A stretch of DNA of 64,000 nucleotides from IMG/VR virus record IMGVR_UViG_3300036815_000199; one strand, given 5' to 3'. This document shows positions 54,752-62,904 of this stretch, piece by piece. Positions within the stretch are counted from its first letter, which is position 1, and the number at the start of each line of letters is the position of its first letter. This stretch comes from an uncultured virus (IMG/VR IMGVR_UViG_3300036815_000199). Its lineage: Duplodnaviria; Heunggongvirae; Uroviricota; Caudoviricetes. The notes beneath the pieces were generated by a model. It saw only the letters and a program-made list of their open reading frames with translations, was not told where the DNA came from and did no database searches. Made by a program: the position numbers and the translations under genes.

Positions 54752-54990
54752 CCCGCGACGAGATCACCCTGCTGGCCGACGTCCACTACACCGCCGGCGA
54801 GGGCTATGACGACCTTGAGCACAAGCTGTTCGGGCTGCTCGTCGACGTTGCCGAGACCTACGCCAACCACATCGCCGCGCTGGCGCCGGACAACCCGGCG
54901 CCCGGGCTGGGCGGCACCACGCCCGTCGAGGTCACCGTCGCCGGGCTGTACGAGAACCTGATCCTGCGCCAGGAGGCCGGCCATGCCTGA
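54745..54990 (+). CDS. Hypothetical protein
   Basis: Coupled acidic ORF. Confidence 0.6.
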   Translation: MLTRDEITLLADVHYTAGEGYDDLEHKLFGLLVDVAETYANHIAALAPDNPAPGLGGTTPVEVTVAGLYENLILRQEAGHA

Positions 54991-55573
54991 CCGCGAGGTG
55001 CTGCTGACCGCCCGGGCCGCCGCCGTCACCCGGGCGGCGGTGCTGGCCCGGTACCGGCCCGACTCGTGCATCACCACCACCAGGGTCCTGATCGAGGTGC
55101 TGCGCTACTTCGGCGTCAGCGCCGAGCCGTGGGCGGTGGACCTGACCGTCACCAACGCCGCCGGCCGGAAGTGGGCCGCCACCGACGTGCCGATCGAGGA
55201 CTGGCCGGACGAGGCGTACTCGATCGGGATGCGCGCCGACTCGGCCGCCCGGCCCGGCGACGGCGGCCAGTTCGGCGTCGGGCACGTCGTGGCCGTGGTC
55301 GCCGGCGGCCTGATGGCCGACGCCTCGATCGACCAGGTGGCCCGGCCCGGGCACGGGATCCCGGCGCTGGCCCCGGTGCTGGCCCGGCTGCCCGGCGACT
55401 GGCGCGACGCGCCCGACGGCATGGTCCTGCGATGGGCCGCCGGCGACGGCGACCTGCAGCTGGACTACCGGGGCAACGGGTCGCGGCTGTACGCCTCGTC
55501 GCCGAACTGGCGGCGCCGGAACCCGCACCTGCGGGCCTGCGTGGCCGAGGCGATCCGGGCGGTGCGCGGATGA
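54983..55573 (+). CDS. Transglutaminase/papain-like fold protein (putative Cys-His-Asp triad)
   Basis: AGGAGG RBS; DSCITTT...GHVVAV...MADASIDQ. Confidence 0.5.
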   Translation: MPDREVLLTARAAAVTRAAVLARYRPDSCITTTRVLIEVLRYFGVSAEPWAVDLTVTNAAGRKWAATDVPIEDWPDEAYSIGMRADSAARPGDGGQFGVGHVVAVVAGGLMADASIDQVARPGHGIPALAPVLARLPGDWRDAPDGMVLRWAAGDGDLQLDYRGNGSRLYASSPNWRRRNPHLRACVAEAIRAVRG

Positions 55574-56214
55574 CCCGCCAGCTGGCCTGGCGGGCGTCGC
55601 CGCTGGTCGCGTTCTACCAGGTCGACATGGACGAGGCCGAGGACCTGCTGATCCGGTGGCGGCACCCGCTGCACCTGCCGACCGGCGAGTGCCCGTCGTG
55701 CGGCAAGCCGCACCCCGGCGGCCGGCCGTACGAGCGGCCGTTCGGCCGGCTGCCGTTCGTGATGGAGGACCGCGGCCGGGTCGCGGCGTGCGTCGTGCTC
55801 GCCTCGACGATCAACGCCAGCGTGTGCAAGGCGCGCGGCTGGCACCGCTACAACACCGTCGACCTGGCGCGGATCGCCCGGTCGCCCGACCGGCGCGACG
55901 AGAAGTGCCTGCGCGCGGTGCTGCGGATCGCCCGGGAGTACCTGGCGCCGCTGTGGCTGGACACGTCGGCGAAGTGGAACGCCCGGTCAGCCGAGCTGTG
56001 CGGGCGGCCGCAGCTCGCCGCGCTCGCCAGCCAGTCGCTGCCCGGCACGCCGGGGTCGATGTACCGGTTCGACGGCTTCGAGCACATCCGCACGACCAGG
56101 GGGGCGCACGGCGGCGGGCACCAGAAGGCGAGCGCGGCCAACGCGATCGACGACGGCGCGCGGGGGCTGTGGGTCTACCCGTACCCCCGGCCGCTGCTGG
56201 CGGGCGCCGCGTAG
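55570..56214 (+). CDS. Mom-like GNAT-fold protein (putative DNA modification)
   Basis: EAEDLLIRWRH...VAACVVLA...VDLARIA...LASQS..GTPGSMYRFDGF. Confidence 0.55.
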   Translation: MTRQLAWRASPLVAFYQVDMDEAEDLLIRWRHPLHLPTGECPSCGKPHPGGRPYERPFGRLPFVMEDRGRVAACVVLASTINASVCKARGWHRYNTVDLARIARSPDRRDEKCLRAVLRIAREYLAPLWLDTSAKWNARSAELCGRPQLAALASQSLPGTPGSMYRFDGFEHIRTTRGAHGGGHQKASAANAIDDGARGLWVYPYPRPLLAGAA

Positions 56215-56253
56215 CCCGGCGGGCCACGCCGCCGCATGTATTGTTATCGGGCT

Positions 56254-56292
56254 GAGCGCCCGGCACGGACCCCCGCCCGTCCGGGCGCTCTT
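56254..56292. terminator. Hairpin between convergent genes
   Basis: GAGCGCCCGG / CCGGGCGCTC stem. Confidence 0.6.
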
Positions 56293-56297
56293 GCCGG

Positions 56298-56522
56298 TCA
56301 GCCCTCCGGCCAGCCCCACCGGGGGCGGGTCCACCGGACCATGCCGACGCGCTCGGACACGCCGGGCAGGTAGAAGAACCGGTAGCGGCCGCCCGGGCAG
56401 GCGAGCGTGTGCGCCCGCTGCCCGGTGCCGTCCTGGACGTGGTCGCGGACCAGCGTCAGCCCGTGGTCGTGGCCGCGGACCGGGCAGGCCGGGAACGCCG
56501 GGGCGGTCGTGGTGGTGGTCAT
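56298..56522 (-). CDS. Hypothetical protein
   Basis: GGAAGG RBS; short ORF. Confidence 0.6.
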   Translation of the reverse strand: MTTTTTAPAFPACPVRGHDHGLTLVRDHVQDGTGQRAHTLACPGGRYRFFYLPGVSERVGMVRWTRPRWGWPEG

Positions 56523-56647
56523 CGGTCAGCCTTCCTGCCCGGCGGCGGGCGCCGCCGGGGTCTCGTTGTGCTCGGCGCAGGCCGGGCGGGGGCCGAGCCC
56601 CCGCCAGTATCCCGCGCAGGTGCAGTTGGCGCTCATCAGGTTCGCCA

Positions 56648-56830
56648 TCAGTGGCTCACCATCGCGCCGCGCATGCCGACGCGCGGCGAGCGGGCCGGGC
56701 GGCCGCCGGAGCGGCTGACGTAGGCCGGCGCCGAGAACCGCCAGTAGCGGTCGGCGCGGACGAACCAGCGGCCGCGGTGGTAAGTCTTGCGGCCGGCGAA
56801 GTGGTCGCGGTTGCTGTTGGTGGTGATCAC
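56648..56830 (-). CDS. Small basic hypothetical protein
   Basis: CTGAAGGAGAGA before GTG. Confidence 0.6.
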   Translation of the reverse strand: MITTNSNRDHFAGRKTYHRGRWFVRADRYWRFSAPAYVSRSGGRPARSPRVGMRGAMVSH

Positions 56831-56843
56831 GGGTCTCTCTCCT

Positions 56844-57005
56844 TCAGATGTGCAGGTCGGCGTAGGTCGCCGGGTCGTAGCCGGGCGGGTCGGTCAGGTC
56901 GCCCTCGACGACGGCGAAGCCGCCGCCCGGGAGCGCGGCCCACCACGTGCGGTCGTCGTGGTCGTAGGACCAGGGACCGTGGGTGTCGGCGATGTCGTAT
57001 TGCAT
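56844..57005 (-). CDS. Hypothetical protein (leaderless, 53 aa)
   Basis: ATG inside the promoter repeat copy; stop inside the 12-mer. Confidence 0.65.
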   Translation of the reverse strand: MQYDIADTHGPWSYDHDDRTWWAALPGGGFAVVEGDLTDPPGYDPATYADLHI

Positions 57006-57022
57006 ATATATAGAGTACACCA
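56996..57022 (-). promoter_or_regulatory. AT-rich phage promoter repeat (divergent copy)
   Basis: TGGTGTACTCTATATATATGCAATACG. Confidence 0.75.
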
Positions 57023-57113
57023 CCACCCTCGCGCCGGCGCCCGTTACCGCAGGCCAGGGCACGTTTTCCGGTGTGACGCCCGTCCTACTGCCAGGACGCC
57101 CCCGGCCGGGCCA

Positions 57114-57149
57114 ACGTGGTACTATGTATATATGAGCAACACGGACACG
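57114..57149 (+). promoter_or_regulatory. AT-rich phage promoter repeat, leaderless start
   Basis: Identical to 53077-53112. Confidence 0.85.
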
Positions 57150-57581
57150 ACCACCGCCACCAAGGAGCCCGACATGACGCACCCGGCCATCACCGCCGCC
57201 AGCCTGGCAGCCGTCGCCGCCAAGGCCGCCGACGACTACCTCGACGAGGCCATCGACGCGGGCGTCGAGTGGGACAGCTTCACCGCCGCGCTGGCTGACT
57301 TCGGCCTGGACCTGTCTAACCTCGCCCGCCTGGTCGACTGGTTCGACGACCCCAGCTACGGCGCGAACGTCACCCACGGGACCGACGGGCTGACCGTCGA
57401 CCGGGCCGCGTTCCGGGCCGCCGCCGAGGCCGCCGCCGCCGAGTACGTCGCCGAGTCCGAGCACGACGGCACGGCCGACTGGCCCAGCACCGCCGCGGCG
57501 GTCGAGGACTTCGGCCTGTACGTGCACCACGGCGCCACCGACGCGACGTGGGGTCACCTGCCCGCCACCCCGACCGCCTGA
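57132..57581 (+). CDS. Acidic hypothetical protein
   Basis: Leaderless ATG 57132; alternative start with AAGGAG at 57174. Confidence 0.7.
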   Translation: MSNTDTTTATKEPDMTHPAITAASLAAVAAKAADDYLDEAIDAGVEWDSFTAALADFGLDLSNLARLVDWFDDPSYGANVTHGTDGLTVDRAAFRAAAEAAAAEYVAESEHDGTADWPSTAAAVEDFGLYVHHGATDATWGHLPATPTA

Positions 57582-57610
57582 CCACCGCACCAACCTGAAG
57601 GAGAGAGACC

Positions 57611-58189
57611 ATGACCGCACGACCCGACTGGCAGCCCGGCGATTTCGCCACCTTCCCCGACAGCCGGGGCGGCCCCGACCGCACCGGCATCTACACCGGC
57701 GAGACCCGCGTGTCGACCACCCGGCTGACCGCGCTCGGCGAAGAGATCGCCCGCAAGGTCCCGGTGACCTACGTGGCGATGCTCGTCACGCCGGCCGGCG
57801 GCCTGGACCACCCCGGCCGCGGCGCCGGCTCGGTCAGCGTCGACGTGCGCAAGCTGCGCCCGGCGACCCCCGAGCAGATCACCGCGAGCGACGTCCGGCA
57901 GGGCTGGGCGGTGTGCCAGGCGCGCGCGGCGGCCGCCGCCGCGTGGTGGGAGGCCGCCACCCCGGCGATCACCTACCTGACCGGCGCCGGCTACGCCGAC
58001 GCGGGCGGGCACCTGGGCATGACGATCGTCAACCTGCTGCTGGAGGCCGACCGGTTCCCCGGCATCTACGCCTACACCGCCGACCGCCGGCACTGGATCG
58101 TCAAGCACATGCCCGGCGACCGCTGGACCGCCGGCGCGGCCCACCCCGACGACCCGGCGCTGCGCGCCACGGCGGGCGGTGCGCGGTGA
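57611..58189 (+). CDS. Hypothetical protein
   Basis: CTGAAGGAGAGA before ATG. Confidence 0.7.
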   Translation: MTARPDWQPGDFATFPDSRGGPDRTGIYTGETRVSTTRLTALGEEIARKVPVTYVAMLVTPAGGLDHPGRGAGSVSVDVRKLRPATPEQITASDVRQGWAVCQARAAAAAAWWEAATPAITYLTGAGYADAGGHLGMTIVNLLLEADRFPGIYAYTADRRHWIVKHMPGDRWTAGAAHPDDPALRATAGGAR

Positions 58190-58791
58190 CCGCCGACCTG
58201 ACCGCCGCCGCGCTGGCCGCCGTCGCCGAGCTCGACGAGGCCGAGGACGCCAAGGCCGTCAAGGAGAAGCCGCGGCACCCGTGCGGGTTCTGCTCGACCG
58301 GCCACCACAAGCTGTGCCCGGAGACGATCCGCAACGGGTCGTCGGCCAAGGTCAAGGTGTGGGAGTGCCCGTGCTGGGAGGCCGGGCACACCCTCGGCCA
58401 GCAGCCGCCCCGCGACGTGGTGATCGAGCGGCTGCCCGCCTCCGCGATGCCGCGCCGGGTGGCCGCCGTCGTCACCGTCGAGCTGCCCGGCACGTCGCCG
58501 GCCGGCCCGCCCCGCCGGGTGACGCGCCGCGCCGCCGCCGCGTCGCCGTTCCCGGCCGGGGTGGTCAGCCCGTACGGCTTCCGCAAGGTCCTCGTCGACG
58601 CCGGGCTGGAGCCGGCGTCGTTCAGGCCGCAGACCGTCTACACGTGGGCCAAGCAGGCCGCCGCCGGCGGCACGTTCCCGGTCCGCTGGTACGTCGACGG
58701 CGCCGAGGTTCCGGCCGGGACAGACGGCGCCAAGCCGGGCGTGCCGGTCGAGCAGGCGGTCGCCTGGCACAAGGCGGGCGGCGCCAAGTGA
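58186..58791 (+). CDS. Zinc-binding plus HTH-like protein
   Basis: CGFC..GHH..C...CPC; C-terminal VSPYGF...RPQTVYTW. Confidence 0.65.
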   Translation: MTADLTAAALAAVAELDEAEDAKAVKEKPRHPCGFCSTGHHKLCPETIRNGSSAKVKVWECPCWEAGHTLGQQPPRDVVIERLPASAMPRRVAAVVTVELPGTSPAGPPRRVTRRAAAASPFPAGVVSPYGFRKVLVDAGLEPASFRPQTVYTWAKQAAAGGTFPVRWYVDGAEVPAGTDGAKPGVPVEQAVAWHKAGGAK

Positions 58792-59246
58792 CCGCCCCGG
58801 AGATCACCACGCCGTGCCTGGTCTGCGCGGTGCAGGCCGCGCTCAAGGGCACCGCGTTCTGGGCCGCCCGCGGCCTGGACTGGCCGGTCACCTCGGTCGC
58901 CGGCCACGACGTCCACAAGGCGTGCGCGCACGCCGTCGAGCACCTCGCCGACGTGATCGGCGACCTGGCCGTCGACGACGCCGGGGTGCCCCGCTGGACC
59001 GCCAGCGGCAACGTCCCGCCCGACGACACCGTCGCGCTGATCATCGCCTTCGGCCTGGCCGGCGGGATCGACCTGCACGCGGCGGCCGCCGCCTACGCCG
59101 CGCAGAGCGCCGAGGCGGTCGCCGCGTACCGGGCCAGCCGCGAGCTGCACGGCTACAGCGACGACGAGATGAACGAGATGGTCGCCGCGTTCGGCCCGGG
59201 CGCCACCGTCGTCGACCTGATCACCGGCCACCGGATCGAGCTGTGA
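58788..59246 (+). CDS. Hypothetical protein
   Basis: GTGA coupling; EMVAAFGPGATVVDLITG. Confidence 0.65.
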   Translation: MTAPEITTPCLVCAVQAALKGTAFWAARGLDWPVTSVAGHDVHKACAHAVEHLADVIGDLAVDDAGVPRWTASGNVPPDDTVALIIAFGLAGGIDLHAAAAAYAAQSAEAVAAYRASRELHGYSDDEMNEMVAAFGPGATVVDLITGHRIEL

Positions 59247-59713
59247 GCGGGTACCGGCGGCGCGGCGCGTGCTACCTCGTCTGCTATCACCGGCCGTTCC
59301 GGCACGCCCGCCATTACCTAGGATTCGCCTACCCCGACGACCCCGGCCGCGCCGACCTGACGGTCGTCGCCGAGGTCCGCGGCGCGGTCCAGACGCGGAT
59401 CACCTGCCGGTGGCTGACCGCCGAGCAGGCGGCCGGGGTCGCCTGCCGGATCGCCCAGCACCGCCGCCGCTGCGGCGCGCGGATCCTCGCCGTGATCACC
59501 GAGGCGGGCATCGGGTTCGACGTCGTGCGGATCTGGCCGAGTGCCACCGAGCACCACGAGAAGGGCCTGAAGAACCTGGCCAACGGCGCGCGGCTGTGCC
59601 CGCGCTGTCATCCCGGCACCCGCGCCGGCGACGTCATCACGCCCCGCGTGACCCGCCGCCGCCGCCGCCCAGCCCGCCAGCTGGTCCTCGCCGGCGCGCC
59701 CGGGCAGCCGTAG
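59243..59713 (+). CDS. GIY-YIG-like nuclease
   Basis: CYLVC...HYLGF...RIAQH...GARIL...EKGLK...CPRC. Confidence 0.75.
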   Translation: MSGYRRRGACYLVCYHRPFRHARHYLGFAYPDDPGRADLTVVAEVRGAVQTRITCRWLTAEQAAGVACRIAQHRRRCGARILAVITEAGIGFDVVRIWPSATEHHEKGLKNLANGARLCPRCHPGTRAGDVITPRVTRRRRRPARQLVLAGAPGQP

Positions 59714-59736
59714 CCCGGCGGGCTACGGGCAGACGC

Positions 59737-59777
59737 AAGCGGCGGCACCCCCCCGGGGGTCGGGGTGCCGCCGCTTT
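59737..59777. terminator. Strong hairpin between convergent genes
   Basis: AAGCGGCGGCACCCC / GGGGTGCCGCCGCTT stem. Confidence 0.7.
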
Positions 59778-59788
59778 GCCGTGCCGGG

Positions 59789-60076
59789 CTACCGGTCCCG
59801 GCCGCTCAGCACCGCCCGGGCCGCCCGCCGGTCGGCGGCGAGCGCGGCCTGCTCGGCGGGGTCGTCGAAGTCGCCGGGCCACAGCGCCGGCGCGATCGCG
59901 CAGAAGCCGAGCATGAACACCGCGGCCAGCCGCGCGCCGACGTCGCCCTCCAGCATCCAGAGGACGGCGCCGGCGGCGGCCAGCAGCGCGACCGCCAGCC
60001 AGGTCCACACGCCGAGAACCGGGGACAGCAGCCCGGCGGCGGCGGCGCCGGCTAGGAACGACGTCAGCGATCGCAT
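59789..60076 (-). CDS. Small membrane protein
   Basis: Three hydrophobic segments. Confidence 0.6.
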   Translation of the reverse strand: MRSLTSFLAGAAAAGLLSPVLGVWTWLAVALLAAAGAVLWMLEGDVGARLAAVFMLGFCAIAPALWPGDFDDPAEQAALAADRRAARAVLSGRDR

Positions 60077-60387
60077 GCGCGCAGTGTAACACCCGCGTGA
60101 CGCTGCGATGCCGGGGGCGCGGGCCGGCCCCGCACCGTGCACGTTGGTTCCCTGATAGGCGGGAGGGGCCGGCCCGGCGTCCCGGGCCGCGCTCTGCCGG
60201 TCTGAGCCCAGCGACGGGGGAAGAGCGGCCAGCGTCCGGCCCGGTGACCCGGCCATGATACGCGGCGGCCGGCCGGGAACCCAGCGACGGGCCCGGCCGG
60301 CCGTGATTCCTTGGCGTCGCCCTGCCGTTAGCTGACAGGCGGTGCACAGAAGGTTACGCTACGCGGCCGGGCCGCGTCGAGCCCTGA

Positions 60388-60472
60388 GTGTGCCCGACGG
60401 CACAGCGATGGAACGCGTTTTCGGTAGCCGCACCCTGACCAGGCTGGTATTGTACATATATAAGCAATACGG
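60388..60472 (+). promoter_or_regulatory. Extended promoter cassette with palindromic operator (paralogous to 61234-61329)
   Basis: GTGTGCCCGACGGCACA...GTTTTCGG...CCGCAC.CTGACC...TGGTATTGTACATATATAAGCAATACGG. Confidence 0.8.
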
Positions 60473-60492
60473 TATCTGAAGGAGCCCAGACA

Positions 60493-61188
60493 ATGACGAA
60501 CCAGTATCCCGGCCAGTGCGGCACCTGCGGCCAGCGGGTCGAGGCCGGCGAGGGCACGGTGACGAAGGTCGCCGGCCGGTGGACCCCGTTCCACCCCGCC
60601 GGCACCTGCGAGGCCGCCCCCGTCCCGGCCGCCGCCCCGGCGACCGAGGCGCCCGCCGCCGCGGCCGCGCCCCGCCCCAACCGGTACGCCGGCACCTGCG
60701 CCGCCTGCGGCGGCTGGGTCGACGAGGGCGAGGGCACCACCGTCCGGGTCGACGGCCGCTGGGCCGCCCGCCACACCGGCACGTGCCCGGTCCCGGCGGC
60801 GGTCGGCATCTACCGCGACGCCGACGGCGTGATCTGGAACGTGCGGGAGTCGCGCGGCCAGAAGGACGTGTTCCCGGTCGAGGCCCGCCGCCGGTACGCC
60901 AAGCGGCTCGTCGAGCGGCCGGCGGGGCGGCTGAACGAGGCCGGCGACAGCGTGCGGTTCGACTGGGAGTACGAGAACGGCGCGCTGTACCGGCTGACCG
61001 AGGACATGCGCGTCCCGCTCGACGACGAGCAGCTGTCGGCGCTGATGATCGCCACCGGCAAGTGCATCGTGTGCGACCACGCGGTGTGGGCCGAGGACAC
61101 CATGCGCAAGGGCAAGGAGCGCGGGGTGCTGGTCGGCCCGGTCTGCGCCAAGTCGTTCGCCCCGGCCCGCTACGCGGTCCAGGCCTGA
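60493..61188 (+). CDS. Zinc-ribbon repeat protein with DUF6011-like C-terminus
   Basis: Two NxYxGxCxxCGxxVxxGEG repeats; CIVC...GPVCAK. Confidence 0.75.
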   Translation: MTNQYPGQCGTCGQRVEAGEGTVTKVAGRWTPFHPAGTCEAAPVPAAAPATEAPAAAAAPRPNRYAGTCAACGGWVDEGEGTTVRVDGRWAARHTGTCPVPAAVGIYRDADGVIWNVRESRGQKDVFPVEARRRYAKRLVERPAGRLNEAGDSVRFDWEYENGALYRLTEDMRVPLDDEQLSALMIATGKCIVCDHAVWAEDTMRKGKERGVLVGPVCAKSFAPARYAVQA

Positions 61189-61197
61189 CCGGCACCG

Positions 61198-61232
61198 AGG
61201 CGGCGGCACCCGGCGACGGGGCCGCCGCCTTT
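61198..61232 (+). terminator. Intrinsic terminator-like hairpin
   Basis: AGGCGGCGGC / GCCGCCGCCT followed by TT. Confidence 0.6.
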
Positions 61233-61233
61233 C

Positions 61234-61329
61234 GTGTGCCCGACGGCACACCGCCGCCTGGCGATCGGACCTGTTTTCGGGAGACCGCACCTGACCTGGC
61301 ACGGTATCATGGATATATCAGCAATACGG
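61234..61329 (+). promoter_or_regulatory. Extended promoter cassette with palindromic operator
   Basis: GTGTGCCCGACGGCACA...GTTTTCGG...CCGCACCTGACC...CGGTATCATGGATATATCAGCAATACGG. Confidence 0.8.
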
Positions 61330-61343
61330 AAGGACCGCCCACC

Positions 61344-61712
61344 ATGTACATCGACCACCGCGCCGAGGCCCGCCAGCACCACAACGCGGCCTCGGCCGCC
61401 TACCGGCAGGGCAAGCGCGACGCCGAGCGCGCCGCCCGCTACTACGGCCAGGCCCGCGAGCACCGCCGGATGGCCGACTGGCTGACCGGCCGCCCCGACA
61501 TCTGGGACGGCGACCTCAACCCGGCGCGCAGCGACGAGGCCGCCCGCACGTGGACCCGGCTGGGCGACCTGTACCTGCGGACCTCGTTCGCGGCCACCGA
61601 GCGCGGCCGGTTCTACCGCGGCCTGCAGCGCCGCGCCGAGGCGCTGGCCGTCAAGGCCGAGGCACGGCTGGCCGAGTGGGAAGCCGAGCGGGCGGAGCGG
61701 GGGGCCGAGTGA
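61344..61712 (+). CDS. Helical Arg/Ala-rich hypothetical protein
   Basis: GAAGGA RBS; coupled to the ligase gene. Confidence 0.65.
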   Translation: MYIDHRAEARQHHNAASAAYRQGKRDAERAARYYGQAREHRRMADWLTGRPDIWDGDLNPARSDEAARTWTRLGDLYLRTSFAATERGRFYRGLQRRAEALAVKAEARLAEWEAERAERGAE

Positions 61713-62719
61713 TGGCGCTGCGCGTACCGGACCCGATGAAGGGCACCGACCTCAAGTCGCAGATCGCCTGGGGCCAGCCCGGCCAGTTCGACGCGATCGG
61801 CGCCTGGCTGACCCCCGGCTGGGCCGCCGAGCCCAAGTACGACGGCTGCCGCGCCTTCCTGCAGATCCTGGCGGGCCGGTCACGGTTCGGCGAGAACCGG
61901 TCGGCGTCGTTCCCGCACCTGGCCGCCGTGCACGTCGACGAGCCGGTCACCGTCGCCGGCGTCGAGTTCCCGTCGCTGGCCGGGACGGTCCTCGACGGCG
62001 AGCTGATCGCGGCCGCGCCCGGCCAGCGGGCGCCGATCGGCATCACCGCCGGCTGGTTCAACTCCGGCGTGACCCGCTCGCGGATGTACGCGATGCAGTT
62101 CGGCCGCCCGACCTTCTACGTGTTCGACGTGCCGCACCTGGCCGGCACCGACCTGACCGGCATGACCTACGACCAGCGCCGCGCCGTGCTCGAGGAAGTC
62201 GTCGCGATCCTCGACGACCGGTGCCCGGAGGCGGGCATCGTGCTGGTCCCGCAGATCCCGGCGACCGCCGGGGCGATCACCGCGCAGATCAACGCCGGCG
62301 GCGAGGGCGTCATGCTCAAGCGCCGGGCCGGCACCTACCAGCCCGCCGCCCGTCCCGGGCAGCGGTCCCGCGACTGGGCCAAGGTCAAGGCGATGGGCAC
62401 CGTCGACGTGGTGCTGACCGGCGGCTGGACCCCCGGCGACAACAGCCGGACGGGCACCGTCGGGTCGGTCGAGATCGCGCTGATCGGCGACGACGGGTCG
62501 TGGATCCCGGTGGGGCACTGCGCGGTCAAGCCGGAACTGCTCGGCGCCTACACCCCCGGCGAGATGCCCGGCCTGGCCGGCACCGTCTGGGAGGTCATGG
62601 CCGCCGGCGTGACGACCGGCCGCAAGCTGCGCCACCCGCACATGATCCGGGTCCGCGACGACAAGCGGCCCGAGTGGTGCCCGGTCGGCCAGCTCGACGC
62701 ACTGCCCGCCGCCGCCTAA
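61712..62719 (+). CDS. ATP-dependent DNA ligase
   Basis: EPKYDGCR, VLDGEL, FYVFDV, GEGVMLK, WAKVK, LRHP...RDDK. Confidence 0.95.
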   Translation: MALRVPDPMKGTDLKSQIAWGQPGQFDAIGAWLTPGWAAEPKYDGCRAFLQILAGRSRFGENRSASFPHLAAVHVDEPVTVAGVEFPSLAGTVLDGELIAAAPGQRAPIGITAGWFNSGVTRSRMYAMQFGRPTFYVFDVPHLAGTDLTGMTYDQRRAVLEEVVAILDDRCPEAGIVLVPQIPATAGAITAQINAGGEGVMLKRRAGTYQPAARPGQRSRDWAKVKAMGTVDVVLTGGWTPGDNSRTGTVGSVEIALIGDDGSWIPVGHCAVKPELLGAYTPGEMPGLAGTVWEVMAAGVTTGRKLRHPHMIRVRDDKRPEWCPVGQLDALPAAA

Positions 62720-62904
62720 ACCGCTGACGGCACACCTCACCTTGGTCTGACGTCGCACCGGCCGGATCCGTCCGGCCCGTGCCCGGCGCGGTTCCTGCCC
62801 GACACGCCCCGCTGTCCTCACGGCGCGCAGACGGGCCGGTGCGCGGCCCCGGTGGACTACCCGTGATCAAAGCGCCCTAGTCCCCGCGCCGGGCTGCCGT
62901 CAGC

